Position numbers and translations under genes: made by a program
Shown: positions 1 to 13,554 of the stretch, in pieces
How the letters are laid out: every line of letters begins with the position of its first letter
How positions within the stretch are numbered: position 1 is the stretch's first letter
Assembly: GCA_963779755.1 (NCBI GenBank)
Contig: CAVZZO010000001.1
Coordinates: forward strand, 896,001-960,000
Origin: an uncultured Gemmatimonadales bacterium
GTDB taxonomy: Bacteria; Gemmatimonadota; Gemmatimonadetes; Gemmatimonadales; GWC2-71-9
DNA: 64,000 bases
Direction of reading: 5' to 3'
The notes under the pieces: generated by a model
What the model was told of the DNA's origin: nothing
The model's input: the letters and a program-made list of their open reading frames with translations, nothing else
The model's database searches: none

Positions 1-474
1 CGTCACCTGCCGGGTCGCGGCATCCACCGCCAGGTCGTTGGCGTATTCGTTCTTCGGATGGCCGGCATGGCCGCGGACCCAGGTCCACTGCACCTCGTGG
101 GCTCCAGCCGAGCCGACCAGCGCCTGCCAGAGGCTGAGGTTCTCGATCTCGCCTCCCTTGCGCCGCCAGCCCCGGGCCACCCAGCCGGGGATCCACTCGC
201 GCATGCCTTTGACCAGATACTCGGAATCGGAGACCATGAGCACGCGGAGCCGCTGGCCCTTGGCGGCGAGCAGCTGTAGCGCCGCGATGGCTCCGGCGAG
301 CGCCATCCGGTTGTTGGTGGTCTCGGGGGCGTGAATAAAGAAGTCCCGCCGCTGGACGCCGGAGGCGGTGCGCGCCTCGATGAGTCCGCCCGCACCGCCC
401 GGATTGGGGCCTTCCCGGCCGTTGCCGAGGCAGCTCTCGTCGAGATGAATAATGGCGATGGGAATCTTGCTCAT
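1..474 (-). CDS. rnhA: Ribonuclease HI (3' end runs off the window)
   Basis: Manual translation from ATG 474: MSKIPIAIIHLDESCLGNG..PGGAGG..TTNNRMAL..SDSEYLVKGMREWI.GW..RGW..ENLSLWQ..WTWVRGHAGHPKNEYANDLA, which are typical RNase HI motifs. Not in the ORF track because there is no stop in the window. Confidence 0.92.
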   Translation of the reverse strand, partial: MSKIPIAIIHLDESCLGNGREGPNPGGAGGLIEARTASGVQRRDFFIHAPETTNNRMALAGAIAALQLLAAKGQRLRVLMVSDSEYLVKGMREWIPGWVARGWRRKGGEIENLSLWQALVGSAGAHEVQWTWVRGHAGHPKNEYANDLAVDAATRQVT

Positions 475-511
475 GACCCAAGATAGCCGGGCCCCGATCC
501 TGGGCCATCCG

Positions 512-574
512 CCGCCCTCTTCCCCTTCCGCACCCTCTGCTCACTCCACACCATCTGCCCACTCCGCCCACTCT
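512..574. repeat. Degenerate 9-nt tandem repeat (CCACTCCGC-like)
   Basis: cccttccgc accctctgc tcactccac accatctgc ccactccgc ccactctct, directly after the Omp85 stop codon. Confidence 0.6.
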
Positions 575-3124
575 CTAATAGAGGAACCCGATCCTGAGAT
601 AGAATCCCCCCCGCTCGTCCGTTGCCGCCCAGGTGGCGCTCAGCGTGGCCAGCGGGTCCACGACCGATACCCAGACGCCGCCGCCCACCGACGAATGCCA
701 GGTATCGGACCGCTGGCCCGCCACCCATACGCGGCCCGCATCGGCCAGGCCGTGCACTCCGATCGTAAGAGGAAAGAGCACGGTTGCGTGTGCCAGGGTC
801 AGCCGCAATTCGGCGTTGCCGTACGCCGATGCGTCCCCCGCATAGCGGTCGGTGAGCACTCCCCGCACCGATTGCGCGCCGCCCAGGAACGCCGCTTCGT
901 ACCAGGGATAGTGCCCCCAGACGCGCTTGCCTCCGGCCCGGAGCGCGAGGACGGGTGCGAACGGTAGCGGCGCGCCGAGGTAGGTCTCGACGTTGCCATG
1001 CACCTCGCCGAAGCTCCGGGTGATGTCCCAGGCGCCGGGGTAGAACGCCGCGCCCAGTTCGATCCGCGAGCCGGAGGAGGGGGCGGTGCTCCGATTCCGT
1101 TTATCCACCACCGCACCGGCCCGAAGCCCGAGTTGACCCACATCACCCGACCCGTACCTGCCGCTCCCGCTGATCAGCCGGCCGGCGACCGAGTCGGTGC
1201 GATTGTATGCCAGGACGCCGTTCAGGAAGGCCCGGAAGGAACCCTTCTCCAGCGCGATCCCCGCCTCGGCGCCGTACTGCCTGAGGCCGGCACGCGCCAC
1301 CGAATCGGGAAGATCGGGCGTGTCGTTCCCGATGCCGTAGAATCGCACCGCCTCCAGCCCGGAGAGCCGCAGCCGCGCAAACGGATACCAGCCGCCGCCC
1401 TCGCTGCGCCGGTCGCCGTCCAGCGTAACCCGGAAGGCATCGAACGCCGAGGCCCAGCTCACCCGGAGCCCGACCCGCGAGTCGTAGGGCCGCCGCAGGA
1501 ATCCATAATTGAACCGGTCGGCGCCCAGGGTGAGCTGGAACCCGAAATCGTTATCCAGGCCGGCGGTGGCATAGGGCTGAATCGACTGGCCGAAATCCTT
1601 CTTCGGCATTACCCAGACTCCCTTCTCCTCCACCAGGGGACGCCAGTCGAAGGTGGAGTCGCCGCGATAGTGCAGCGAGTCCGTCCGGCCCCGGGCGTAC
1701 AGATGGGTGGGCCGGCTGCGGCCTCCCACGATCGAGCGGTCGTCCATCCGGTTGGTGCCGTTCCCCCCGACGACCCGCAGGGTGATGCTGCGGGTCGCCT
1801 CGCCCCGGATGAGCGCCGCGTCGTTGCCTTCGTGCAGGTAGACGCGGATTTCCGACGTTTGCTCCGGCCGGAAGGTGCGATCGAACCAGGCCGTGCTGTC
1901 TCCCGGCCGCAGCAGCCGGATACGGACAGCCCCGTCCGGCTCGCGGTCGGCGACCAGCGAATCCCGCTCGTCGGTGGCGTGCACGTCCGCGTGGCTCGAC
2001 ACCTTCACGAAGAGCCCCCGGGCTGCCTCCTCCAGCCGGTCTCGTCGCGCCCGGAGCACGCGCGCAATATGATCTCCCGATCGGGCGCGCCAGGGCGCCG
2101 GCAGGCGGGCGATCGCGCCGCTGATCACCGAATCGGTGATCCGGGCCTGCACGAAGCGGGTGACTGAATCCCATGCGCTCCAAGGCAGCGATACGAGCAG
2201 GCGGCGGTCCAGGTCGCGGCCGTTGACCGTGAGCCCGGTGATCTGATAATGCGGCCCGAGGGTGACCAGCTTGGGCTGGCTGTAGCGGACGATGGCCAGG
2301 ATGAGGCCGTCGAAGTCCACCAGCGCCTGGTCGCGGTCGCGCGGAATGGGCTGCCACAGGGTATCGGGCGCCGCGCGGCCGGTCTCGGCGCCCCAGCGCC
2401 ACTGGTCTTCGTGCCGGTCCCAGTCGTTCACCAGCATGTCCACCAGCCGGACAGTGAGGAAGCGCCGGGCATCCACCCGGTTGGCGGGCGACCCGTTGAT
2501 CCGCTCGAGCAGCTTGTCGCTGCCGACGATCTTGCGGTAGCCCGCGAAGCCGGGCGTGTCGTGCGGTCCCTCATCCGGGTCTTCTTCGATTTCCCCCAGC
2601 ATGCCCGCGAACTCCTTGCGGTACTTGCCCAGTCGCGGATCATCGGGCATGACCGCCAGATGGGGGTGGGGGTGGGGCACGCCGACCGCCTCCAGCAACG
2701 GAGCGGTAACCAGCATGCCGCCGGGATGTTGGGCGCTGGTCTGGTCCCGGAGGATGTCCCGGACGAACGTCGTACGGAGCTTGGGCGGCAGGTTGGACGA
2801 AGGGTCCTTGTTGACCGAGCGGAAATCCCAGGGCCGGCCGGCGGCATCCTTCAGGTGGAGCGAGGTGGTCTGCATGCCGCCGCCCTTTTCCACCGGCTCG
2901 AGCCCGCCCCGGGCGCCCAGGTCTAGAAAGGGCACCCGGATGGTGTCGGTCCAGAGTGCGCGGTAATGGGTGCCGAAGAGCCAGCGGTGGAAGCCCCCGG
3001 CGGCGTAATGCCCGGCCACCACCGCGGTGTCCTGCGCGGCGGTGAGATCCTGGGCCGACACGGACGCGGCCGGCGCCAGCGCCAGCAGGCAGAGCAGCCC
3101 CGCTCCGGACGCGCGATATCTCAA
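575..3124 (-). CDS. Omp85/BamA-TamA-type outer membrane protein with an N-terminal kinase-like periplasmic domain
   Basis: Signal peptide; C-terminal barrel with RG..DRYAG motif and terminal aromatic residues (FYLRIGFLY); N-terminal GGGMQT and DMLVNDWDRHEDQWRW motifs; TTGA overlap with the upstream gene. Confidence 0.8.
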   Translation of the reverse strand: MRYRASGAGLLCLLALAPAASVSAQDLTAAQDTAVVAGHYAAGGFHRWLFGTHYRALWTDTIRVPFLDLGARGGLEPVEKGGGMQTTSLHLKDAAGRPWDFRSVNKDPSSNLPPKLRTTFVRDILRDQTSAQHPGGMLVTAPLLEAVGVPHPHPHLAVMPDDPRLGKYRKEFAGMLGEIEEDPDEGPHDTPGFAGYRKIVGSDKLLERINGSPANRVDARRFLTVRLVDMLVNDWDRHEDQWRWGAETGRAAPDTLWQPIPRDRDQALVDFDGLILAIVRYSQPKLVTLGPHYQITGLTVNGRDLDRRLLVSLPWSAWDSVTRFVQARITDSVISGAIARLPAPWRARSGDHIARVLRARRDRLEEAARGLFVKVSSHADVHATDERDSLVADREPDGAVRIRLLRPGDSTAWFDRTFRPEQTSEIRVYLHEGNDAALIRGEATRSITLRVVGGNGTNRMDDRSIVGGRSRPTHLYARGRTDSLHYRGDSTFDWRPLVEEKGVWVMPKKDFGQSIQPYATAGLDNDFGFQLTLGADRFNYGFLRRPYDSRVGLRVSWASAFDAFRVTLDGDRRSEGGGWYPFARLRLSGLEAVRFYGIGNDTPDLPDSVARAGLRQYGAEAGIALEKGSFRAFLNGVLAYNRTDSVAGRLISGSGRYGSGDVGQLGLRAGAVVDKRNRSTAPSSGSRIELGAAFYPGAWDITRSFGEVHGNVETYLGAPLPFAPVLALRAGGKRVWGHYPWYEAAFLGGAQSVRGVLTDRYAGDASAYGNAELRLTLAHATVLFPLTIGVHGLADAGRVWVAGQRSDTWHSSVGGGVWVSVVDPLATLSATWAATDERGGFYLRIGFLY

Positions 3125-4056
3125 TGGCTGCCGCCGGCCGGAGCTGGGGACGCAGCGGGGAAGCGATAGACCGCCACGATGGCGGGCAGGCGGCGCGCCT
3201 CATCGCTCAGGATGAGCAGGCCCCCCGGAGTCACCGTCACCCCTTCGCACTGTTCGTGGCCCGGCGGCAGCGGGCGGACCCAGCGAACCGCCCCCGTCGG
3301 CGTCACCAGGACCATGGCGTCTTCCAGCGCCGAAACCAGCAGATAGTCGCCCGAGGCGGGCACGACTTCGATCGCCGAGGGGTGGAACTCCTTCCAGTCC
3401 TGACCGCGGGCGATGGTCTTCTGCGGGATGGTCAGAGCCTGCAACTGATCGCGCCGGGGCCCGTGCACGGCATAGCGGTAGATCACCACGTCATCGTCGT
3501 ACTTCTTCTGATGGACGTGCTTGCAGGGGAGCAGCAGCTGTTGCCGGTCGGGATCGAAGGCCAGGCCTTCCAGTTCGCACTCGTGGCCCAGCCGGGTATC
3601 GTGGATGGTGTAGGACACATGCTCGCCATCATTGCCCTCGAAGGACTCGTAGATCTTCCCGTTGCTGGTCATGAGGTAAAGCCGGCCGCCGCCCAGGGCG
3701 ATGCCCTCGAAGTCTCCCGCCACCGGGCTGGCGCCCAGGTGAAACTGCTTGACGATCGTTCCGCGGCGGAAATCCAGCTCGTACACCGTGGCTCGCTCAT
3801 CCCCGTGCGCGAGGAGCCGGCCGTCCGGTGTGAGGGCGAGGCCCGAGATCTCCGACAGCGCCGACGGCATGATCCAGCGGGCCAGCACCGCGGTATCGGC
3901 TCCGGCCCCGCTGTCGGGACCGACCTGCAGCAGGGAATCCATGCGTGAGGCCCGCGCCGCCAGGGTGGCGGTATCCAGGCCTGGCCGGCCGCCGCCGCCG
4001 CGGCAGGCCGCGCACGCCAGCAACAGCAGCGCGACGGAGCGGCAGCCTCCTCGCAC
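3121..4056 (-). CDS. SdiA-regulated/YjiK-like beta-propeller lipoprotein
   Basis: Lipobox-like LLLACAAC; repeated EISGL / DFEGIA / ELEGLA / QCEGVT blades. GTG start is approximate. Confidence 0.75.
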   Translation of the reverse strand: MRGGCRSVALLLLACAACRGGGGRPGLDTATLAARASRMDSLLQVGPDSGAGADTAVLARWIMPSALSEISGLALTPDGRLLAHGDERATVYELDFRRGTIVKQFHLGASPVAGDFEGIALGGGRLYLMTSNGKIYESFEGNDGEHVSYTIHDTRLGHECELEGLAFDPDRQQLLLPCKHVHQKKYDDDVVIYRYAVHGPRRDQLQALTIPQKTIARGQDWKEFHPSAIEVVPASGDYLLVSALEDAMVLVTPTGAVRWVRPLPPGHEQCEGVTVTPGGLLILSDEARRLPAIVAVYRFPAASPAPAGGSH

Positions 4057-4060
4057 CGGG

Positions 4061-5140
4061 TCAACTCTCCGCGATGAAGTCGGCGCTCGCCTCCAGCTCC
4101 GCGCCGGAAATGGCGGAGCCCGCACCGGCCCGGACCGCCGTAAGCACCTCGTCCCGGGGGGTCTTCTTGCGGACCTTGATCAGGTAGTACAGCTCCGACG
4201 GCTTCCCCTCGTTGGTGATGACCTCATCCAGCCGCCAGCGTTTGGTGGTCTGCTCCAGCACCTGCTCGACCAGCCGCTGCGCCACCGAGACGTCCTCGGT
4301 GGTGACCCAGAGAACCGCGTTATAACGGCCCCGCTTCTTGCTGCTCTTGCCCATGAGCCCGCGCAGCCGCTCGAACCGGTCGGCCAGCGCGTTCGCCTTC
4401 TTCGGGTCCAGCGCCAGCATGAGGTCGCGGTCGGGAATCTCCTGGCCGTTGCCGTCGGCCAGCGTGGAGAGTGGCTCGGACCAGTGGCTGGCGGGGTGGG
4501 GCTCGAGCACGCTCCGGCCGAAGTCGCTGCGCCAGATGATCAGCAAGACGAAATTGAAGAGCATGCTGATCAGCCAGGCGACCGTCATCGCCTGTACTCC
4601 CGCCGCCAGGCCCACGCCGATGGCGAGAAAAACGAAGACCAGGTCGCGCGGATCTTTCAGCGTGTTCCGAAAGCGGACGCCCGCCATGATGCCCGCCAGG
4701 CCGAACGCCAGCGCGATGCTGTTGCGCACAATGAGGATAATGCCCGCCACGACGATCGGCAGAATGATGAGCGTCTGGACGATCGACTGCCGGTAGCCAC
4801 GGGTCTGCCGCTCCGACATGTAGACCCAGGAAACCGGCAGCATCAGCACCAGCGTGCCCAGCATCACCTCGACCGTCACGATGGCCATGTTGAGCCGGTC
4901 GGACAGCGGCAGCGCGGGAGTGGCGAATTCGGTGGAGTTGAGCCCGTCCTGCAGCAGCTTCGGTGTCGCCGTCAGCTCCCGCAGCCGTTCACCCGAGAAC
5001 ATCGGATTGAAGATTGTGGGAAAGAGCCAGAGCAGCAGCACCGTGATGCCGACGACTACCACGTAGTACGCCACCAGCCGCCGGAGCGGTGAGGACGATC
5101 CGATGGTGGCGACATCGAGTGTCTTGGAGAACCAGCGCAT
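4061..5140 (-). CDS. DUF4956-family membrane protein
   Basis: LAFGLAGIMAGVRFRNTLKDPRDLVFVFLAIGVGLAAG motif; several TM helices. Confidence 0.8.
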   Translation of the reverse strand: MRWFSKTLDVATIGSSSPLRRLVAYYVVVVGITVLLLWLFPTIFNPMFSGERLRELTATPKLLQDGLNSTEFATPALPLSDRLNMAIVTVEVMLGTLVLMLPVSWVYMSERQTRGYRQSIVQTLIILPIVVAGIILIVRNSIALAFGLAGIMAGVRFRNTLKDPRDLVFVFLAIGVGLAAGVQAMTVAWLISMLFNFVLLIIWRSDFGRSVLEPHPASHWSEPLSTLADGNGQEIPDRDLMLALDPKKANALADRFERLRGLMGKSSKKRGRYNAVLWVTTEDVSVAQRLVEQVLEQTTKRWRLDEVITNEGKPSELYYLIKVRKKTPRDEVLTAVRAGAGSAISGAELEASADFIAES

Positions 5141-5347
5141 GCGATTCGGCTCCGGGTAAGTCACGCGCTCCCAACCGCTTGCGCGGAATGGGCCGGGGGC
5201 CTGCCTCGAACGTGGGGTCAACTATGAGGGGAAAACCGGGGCAGGGCTGTGACGTGGGTGACGTACCCGCTGTGGCGGGGATCCGCGGAGCTCGGGTGGT
5301 TCGAGAGGGCCGAGGGGGTCGAGAGAGTGGCTGCGAATTTCCAGTCT

Positions 5348-6274
5348 CTAGAAGGGGACCCGCTGCAGATCGTGCCCCACCAGCACCTTGCCGGTGTAGC
5401 CGCCTTGGCGCACCCCGGCTACCAGCTCGCTGTCGGATGCACCCATACGGATCAGATGGGTAAGCACCAGCATCCGGGGGTCCGCACTTTTCGCCAGCAC
5501 GCCCAGTTCGGCGTCTGAAGTGTGGAAGGAGTGCATGTACCTGGGCCACAGGTTGCCGCCCGCCCGTTCCTCGGGAGCGAGCCGGGCTGCGCTGTAGACC
5601 TCATGAACCAGGATGTCGGCGTGGCGGGCCGCCCGCACCACCGCCTCGCTGGGCCGGGTATCGCCCGAAATGACCACCCGGTGGCCGCCAGCCTCGAACA
5701 GATAGCCGTAGGCATGCGCCCAGCTCCCGTGCTCGACCGCGATGGCCATGACTCGAACGCCCGCGCTGTCGTAGACCACACCCGGCTTCACCTCGTGCAC
5801 CGCCACGCGGTAGCCCCCGGCCGGCTCCCGTTCCAGCCCTTCGGTCCGGATGGCGATGTCCTCCTTCCAGGCGGCGACGATATGGTCGGTCATCGCCCGC
5901 AGTCCGGGCGGCCCGTAGGCCTCCAGCGGCGTATGCCGGCCCATGACCCACGAGGTAAAGACCAGGTCGGGGTAGCCCAGGGTATGGTCGCTGTGCAGGT
6001 GCGTGATGAAAACGGCGCTGACGCCGTTGATCGGGAGGCCCGCGCCCGCCAGCTGGCGTTCCACCCCGGGGCCGGCGTCCACCAGGAATACCCGATCACC
6101 TATTACCACGGCCGTCGCCGGGCCCGAGGCCGCCGGATTGGGCCGGGGCATGCCGGTGCCCAGGAGCACCACCGTGCCCGTACTGGGCGGCGTCTCCTGC
6201 GCGCACGCCGCCACCGCCGTCAGCCCTCCCAGTCCCGCGAGCAGCGCAGCTCGCCACCTGCCGTTCAGGCTCAT
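5348..6274 (-). CDS. Secreted MBL-fold metallo-hydrolase (RNase Z/arylsulfatase-like)
   Basis: LLGTG.P, THLHSDH, SGDT, LVHE, HT and LTH motifs; signal peptide. Confidence 0.85.
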   Translation of the reverse strand: MSLNGRWRAALLAGLGGLTAVAACAQETPPSTGTVVLLGTGMPRPNPAASGPATAVVIGDRVFLVDAGPGVERQLAGAGLPINGVSAVFITHLHSDHTLGYPDLVFTSWVMGRHTPLEAYGPPGLRAMTDHIVAAWKEDIAIRTEGLEREPAGGYRVAVHEVKPGVVYDSAGVRVMAIAVEHGSWAHAYGYLFEAGGHRVVISGDTRPSEAVVRAARHADILVHEVYSAARLAPEERAGGNLWPRYMHSFHTSDAELGVLAKSADPRMLVLTHLIRMGASDSELVAGVRQGGYTGKVLVGHDLQRVPF

Positions 6275-6284
6275 CGGTTCAGCC

Positions 6285-8147
6285 TCACGTTTGTTCCAGG
6301 ATCACGCCGCCGGGCCGCGGGAACTGAAGCCGCACGACCCCGCCCGAGAAATCCAGTGGCGCGCTCGCCTGGTCGGGAGCATAGAGCTCGCTGTCCAGCC
6401 GCAGGTGCCAGCCCTCCACCCGCTCCGCCGGCGCCAGTTCGCTCGGCAGCTCCAGCAGTCCCGCCCCGCGGAGCCGTACCACCACCAGCAGCCCATGCCC
6501 CTCCGACTGCCGCCACAGGCACAGACCGTCGGAACCAAGCGGCCGGACCTCGAGCAGGGCGTCTTCCTGAAACCATGCCGCGGTTTCGCGGCGCAGGGAC
6601 AGCAGGTCGCGGTAGAGTCGCAGCAGCGACGCGTGCGGTTCCTCCGCGGCTTCATGCCAGTCGAGCCGGCTCCTCCGGAAGGTTTCCGGCGACTGAGGAT
6701 CGGGAATGCCCTCCCGCGCGGCGGGATCGGCAAAGGCCCGGAAGGACTGGAACTCCCGCCGTCGCCCTTCGGTCACCAACCGTCCCAGTTCGGGGTTGTG
6801 CTCGGTAAAATAGAGAAACGGACTGCCCGCTCCCCATTCCTGGCCCATGAAGAGAAGCGGGGTCTCCGGGGCCGTAAGCAGGAGCACGCTGGCGGCCCGC
6901 CAGGCCGCCAGATCAATACCATGGTGCAGCCGGTCGCCGCAGGCGCGATTCCCCACCTGGTCGTGATTCTGGAGGGCGATGACAAACCGGTACCGGGGGA
7001 TGCCGGCGGGATCGGTGCCCCGCGCCCTGCCGCTGCGCGGGCTCGGCTGCCCCCGGAATAGCCAGCCGGCCCGGAGCGCCGTGGCGATCTCGGCGGTGGT
7101 CCCCTCGAAATCGGCGAAGTACCCCTCCGTATCGCCCGCCAGCAGGCGGCGCACGATATGATGGAAATCGTCCGACCAGACACCGTCCAGTCCGTCGCCG
7201 CCGTCGCGGGTGGGTCGCACCAGCCGGTCGAGGTTGCGGTTGTCCTCGGCGATCATCACCACCTGGCGTCCGGACGCGGCCCGGCGCGCCGCCTCGGCTA
7301 TATCGGCCAGAATATGGCGTGGGCCGTCGTCCAGGATGGCGTGCGTGGCGTCCAGCCGCAGGCCGTCCATATGGTACTCCCGGATCCAGTGCTCCGCGTT
7401 CCCGGTGACGAACCCGCGGACCGGTCCGCTTCGGTCACCGTCATAGTTGACCGCGTCGCCCCAGGGGGTGCGGTGCCGGGAGGAGAAGTAATACGGGCTG
7501 AAGGCGCCCAGATAGTTGCCGTCCGGTCCCAGATGGTTGTAGACCACGTCCAGCAGCACGGCGAGCCCCAGCGCGTGGGCGGTGTCCACCAGCCGCCGCA
7601 AATCGTCCGGCGTGCCGTAGGTGCCGGAGGGTGCGTAGAGCGCCACGCCGTCGTAGCCCCAGTTCCGCCCGCCGGGAAAGTCCGCCACCGGCATCAGCTC
7701 CACCGCCGTGACGCCCAGGTCGTTGAGATAGGGCAGGCGTGCGGTGGCGGCGGCAAAGGTGCCCTCGGGCGTGAAGGTGCCGACATGCAGCTCGTAGACG
7801 ACCAGCCCCTGCTGCGGCCGTCCGGCCCAGTCGCCGTCGGTCCAGCGGAAGGCGGCCGGGTCCACCACCTCCGACGGACCGTGCACCCCTTCGGGCTGGT
7901 AGCGCGAGGCGGGGTCGGGGAAGGGACCCTCCCCATCCAGCCGGTAGCGGTAACGGTCGCCGGGGCGAACGCCGGGCACCAGCCCGCCGAAGTAGCCGTC
8001 GCCTCCCGGTTGCAGCGGGTACACCGCATCGGGGGCGCCGGGCACCGCGAGCAGCAACTCCACCTGCCGCCGCTCGGGCGCCCAGACGCGGAAGCGGGTA
8101 CCGCCGGATTCGGGCCGCGCGCCGACCCAGCCGGCGGTGCCGGTCAC
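6285..8147 (-). CDS. treZ: Malto-oligosyltrehalose trehalohydrolase
   Basis: [47 protein letters not shown] start overlaps the glgB stop (GTGA). Confidence 0.93.
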   Translation of the reverse strand: MTGTAGWVGARPESGGTRFRVWAPERRQVELLLAVPGAPDAVYPLQPGGDGYFGGLVPGVRPGDRYRYRLDGEGPFPDPASRYQPEGVHGPSEVVDPAAFRWTDGDWAGRPQQGLVVYELHVGTFTPEGTFAAATARLPYLNDLGVTAVELMPVADFPGGRNWGYDGVALYAPSGTYGTPDDLRRLVDTAHALGLAVLLDVVYNHLGPDGNYLGAFSPYYFSSRHRTPWGDAVNYDGDRSGPVRGFVTGNAEHWIREYHMDGLRLDATHAILDDGPRHILADIAEAARRAASGRQVVMIAEDNRNLDRLVRPTRDGGDGLDGVWSDDFHHIVRRLLAGDTEGYFADFEGTTAEIATALRAGWLFRGQPSPRSGRARGTDPAGIPRYRFVIALQNHDQVGNRACGDRLHHGIDLAAWRAASVLLLTAPETPLLFMGQEWGAGSPFLYFTEHNPELGRLVTEGRRREFQSFRAFADPAAREGIPDPQSPETFRRSRLDWHEAAEEPHASLLRLYRDLLSLRRETAAWFQEDALLEVRPLGSDGLCLWRQSEGHGLLVVVRLRGAGLLELPSELAPAERVEGWHLRLDSELYAPDQASAPLDFSGGVVRLQFPRPGGVILEQT

Positions 8148-10108
8148 CGCGGCGGCGCGCGGAACACCACCATGCCGAGCGGCGGCAGCGTCACTACGAT
8201 GGAATGTTCCTGTCCCTGCCACGCGACCGGCACCGCATCCGCGCCGCCCAGATTGCCCTGGCCGCTGCCGCCGTAGAGTGGGGCATCGCTGTTCAGGATC
8301 TCCTCCCAGGCGCCGCCGTAGGGGACGCCGATACGGTAATTATGCCGGGGGATGGGGGTGAAGTTGAGCGCCACCACCACGCGCTCCGGCCCGGTGTTGG
8401 AGCGCCGCAGGTAGAGCAGGACGCTCTGGTCGGCATCGGAGGCGTCGATCCACACAAAGCCCTCCGGGTCGCAGTCCAGTTCGTGCAGCGCCGGCAGCTC
8501 GCGGTAGCGGGTGTTCAGGTCGCGCACCCAGCGCTGGATCCCCTGGTGCCGGGGGTCCTCCAGCAGGTGCCAGTCGAGGCTGCGGTCGTGATTCCACTCC
8601 CGGCCCTGGCCGAATTCCCCGCCCATGAAGAGCAGCTTCTTGCCCGGCTGGGTATACATGTAGCCCAGCAGGAGGCGCAGATTGGCGAACTTCTGCCAGT
8701 CGTCGCCCGGCATCTTCGCCAGCAGCGAGCCCTTGCCGTGCACAACCTCATCGTGGGAGAGCGGCAGCACGAAGTTCTCGGTGAACGCGTAGATGCCGCG
8801 GAAGGTGAGCTCCCCGTGGTGGAAGCGGCGGTGGATGGGCTCGCGCGACATGTACTGCAGGGTGTCGTGCATCCAGCCCATGTCCCACTTGAAGCCGAAG
8901 CCCAGGCCGCCCAGATAGGTGGGCCGGGATACCATGGGCCAGGCGGTGGATTCCTCGGCCACGGTCAGGACCCCCTGCTCCGCCGTGTAGACCGCCTCGT
9001 TGAACTGGCGCAGAAAGCTCACTGCCTCGAGATTCTCCCGCCCGCCGTGGACATTGGGAATCCATTCCCCCGCCTTGCGGCTGTAATCCAGGTACAGCAT
9101 GCTCGCCACCGCGTCCACCCGCAGGCCGTCGGCATGGAACATCCGCAGCCAGTAGAGGGCGCTGCTCAGCAGGAAGCTGCGCACCTCATGCCGGCCGTAG
9201 TTGAAGATGAAGCTGTTCCAGTCGGGGTGGAAACCCTGCCGCGGGTCGCCGTGCTCGAACAGATGGGTGCCGTCGAAAAAGCCCAGGCCGAACTCGTCGG
9301 TGGGGAAGTGGGAGGGAACCCAGTCGAGCAGTACGCCGACCCCGGCCTGGTGGAGGCGGTCGATCAGGTACATGAAATCCTGCGGGGTGCCGAAGCGGCT
9401 GGTGGGCGCGAAGTATCCGGTGGTCTGATAGCCCCAGGAGCCGTAGAACGGGTGTTCCATCACCGGGAGGAACTCCACGTGGGTAAAGCCCATTTCATTC
9501 AGGTAGTCGGGCAGGGCATGGGCCAGCTCCCGGTAGCTGAGCGGGCGATTGTCCTCCTCCGGTATCCGCCGCCAGCTGCCGAGGTGCATCTCGTAGATGG
9601 CGCCGGGCTCGCGCAGCGGCTGCTCCATCCGGCGGCGCTCCATCCACTGCTGGTCGCCCCACTCATAATCCAGGGACCATACCCGGGAGCCGGTAAGCGG
9701 GGGTGTCTCGGTGTGCACGGCGAACGGGTCGGCCTTGTCCACTTCGTAGCCGCCGTGATGGGAGACGATGTGGTACTTGTACGTGGTGCCGGGCCCGACA
9801 TCGGGAATGAACCCCTCCCAGATGCCGGACGAGCCCCGGGCGCGCAGCTCGTGGCTGCTCTTGTTCCAGCCGTTGAACTCGCCCATCACGCTCACCCGGG
9901 CGGCCGCCGGCGCCCACACGGCGAACCAGGTGCCCCGGTGCCCTTCGACCTCGCCCGGGTGGGCGCCCAGCTTCTCCCACAGCCGGGCATGGGTGCCTTC
10001 GTTGAAGAGGTGCAGGTCCTGGTCGCCCAGGGGGGACGGCTCGTACCAGACCGGTGAGACCGTCTCGGGAGTGACGGACCGCCCGGCGGCGCGGGTGCGC
10101 TCAGCCAT
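8144..10108 (-). CDS. glgB: 1,4-alpha-glucan branching enzyme
   Basis: [53 protein letters not shown]. Confidence 0.96.
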   Translation of the reverse strand: MAERTRAAGRSVTPETVSPVWYEPSPLGDQDLHLFNEGTHARLWEKLGAHPGEVEGHRGTWFAVWAPAAARVSVMGEFNGWNKSSHELRARGSSGIWEGFIPDVGPGTTYKYHIVSHHGGYEVDKADPFAVHTETPPLTGSRVWSLDYEWGDQQWMERRRMEQPLREPGAIYEMHLGSWRRIPEEDNRPLSYRELAHALPDYLNEMGFTHVEFLPVMEHPFYGSWGYQTTGYFAPTSRFGTPQDFMYLIDRLHQAGVGVLLDWVPSHFPTDEFGLGFFDGTHLFEHGDPRQGFHPDWNSFIFNYGRHEVRSFLLSSALYWLRMFHADGLRVDAVASMLYLDYSRKAGEWIPNVHGGRENLEAVSFLRQFNEAVYTAEQGVLTVAEESTAWPMVSRPTYLGGLGFGFKWDMGWMHDTLQYMSREPIHRRFHHGELTFRGIYAFTENFVLPLSHDEVVHGKGSLLAKMPGDDWQKFANLRLLLGYMYTQPGKKLLFMGGEFGQGREWNHDRSLDWHLLEDPRHQGIQRWVRDLNTRYRELPALHELDCDPEGFVWIDASDADQSVLLYLRRSNTGPERVVVALNFTPIPRHNYRIGVPYGGAWEEILNSDAPLYGGSGQGNLGGADAVPVAWQGQEHSIVVTLPPLGMVVFRAPPR

Positions 10109-10135
10109 GTCAAAGTCTCCTCTCTGCCGTACGGG

Positions 10136-13534
<3,399 letters not shown>

Positions 13535-13554
13535 GAGCTCGTTCGCCTCTCGGG

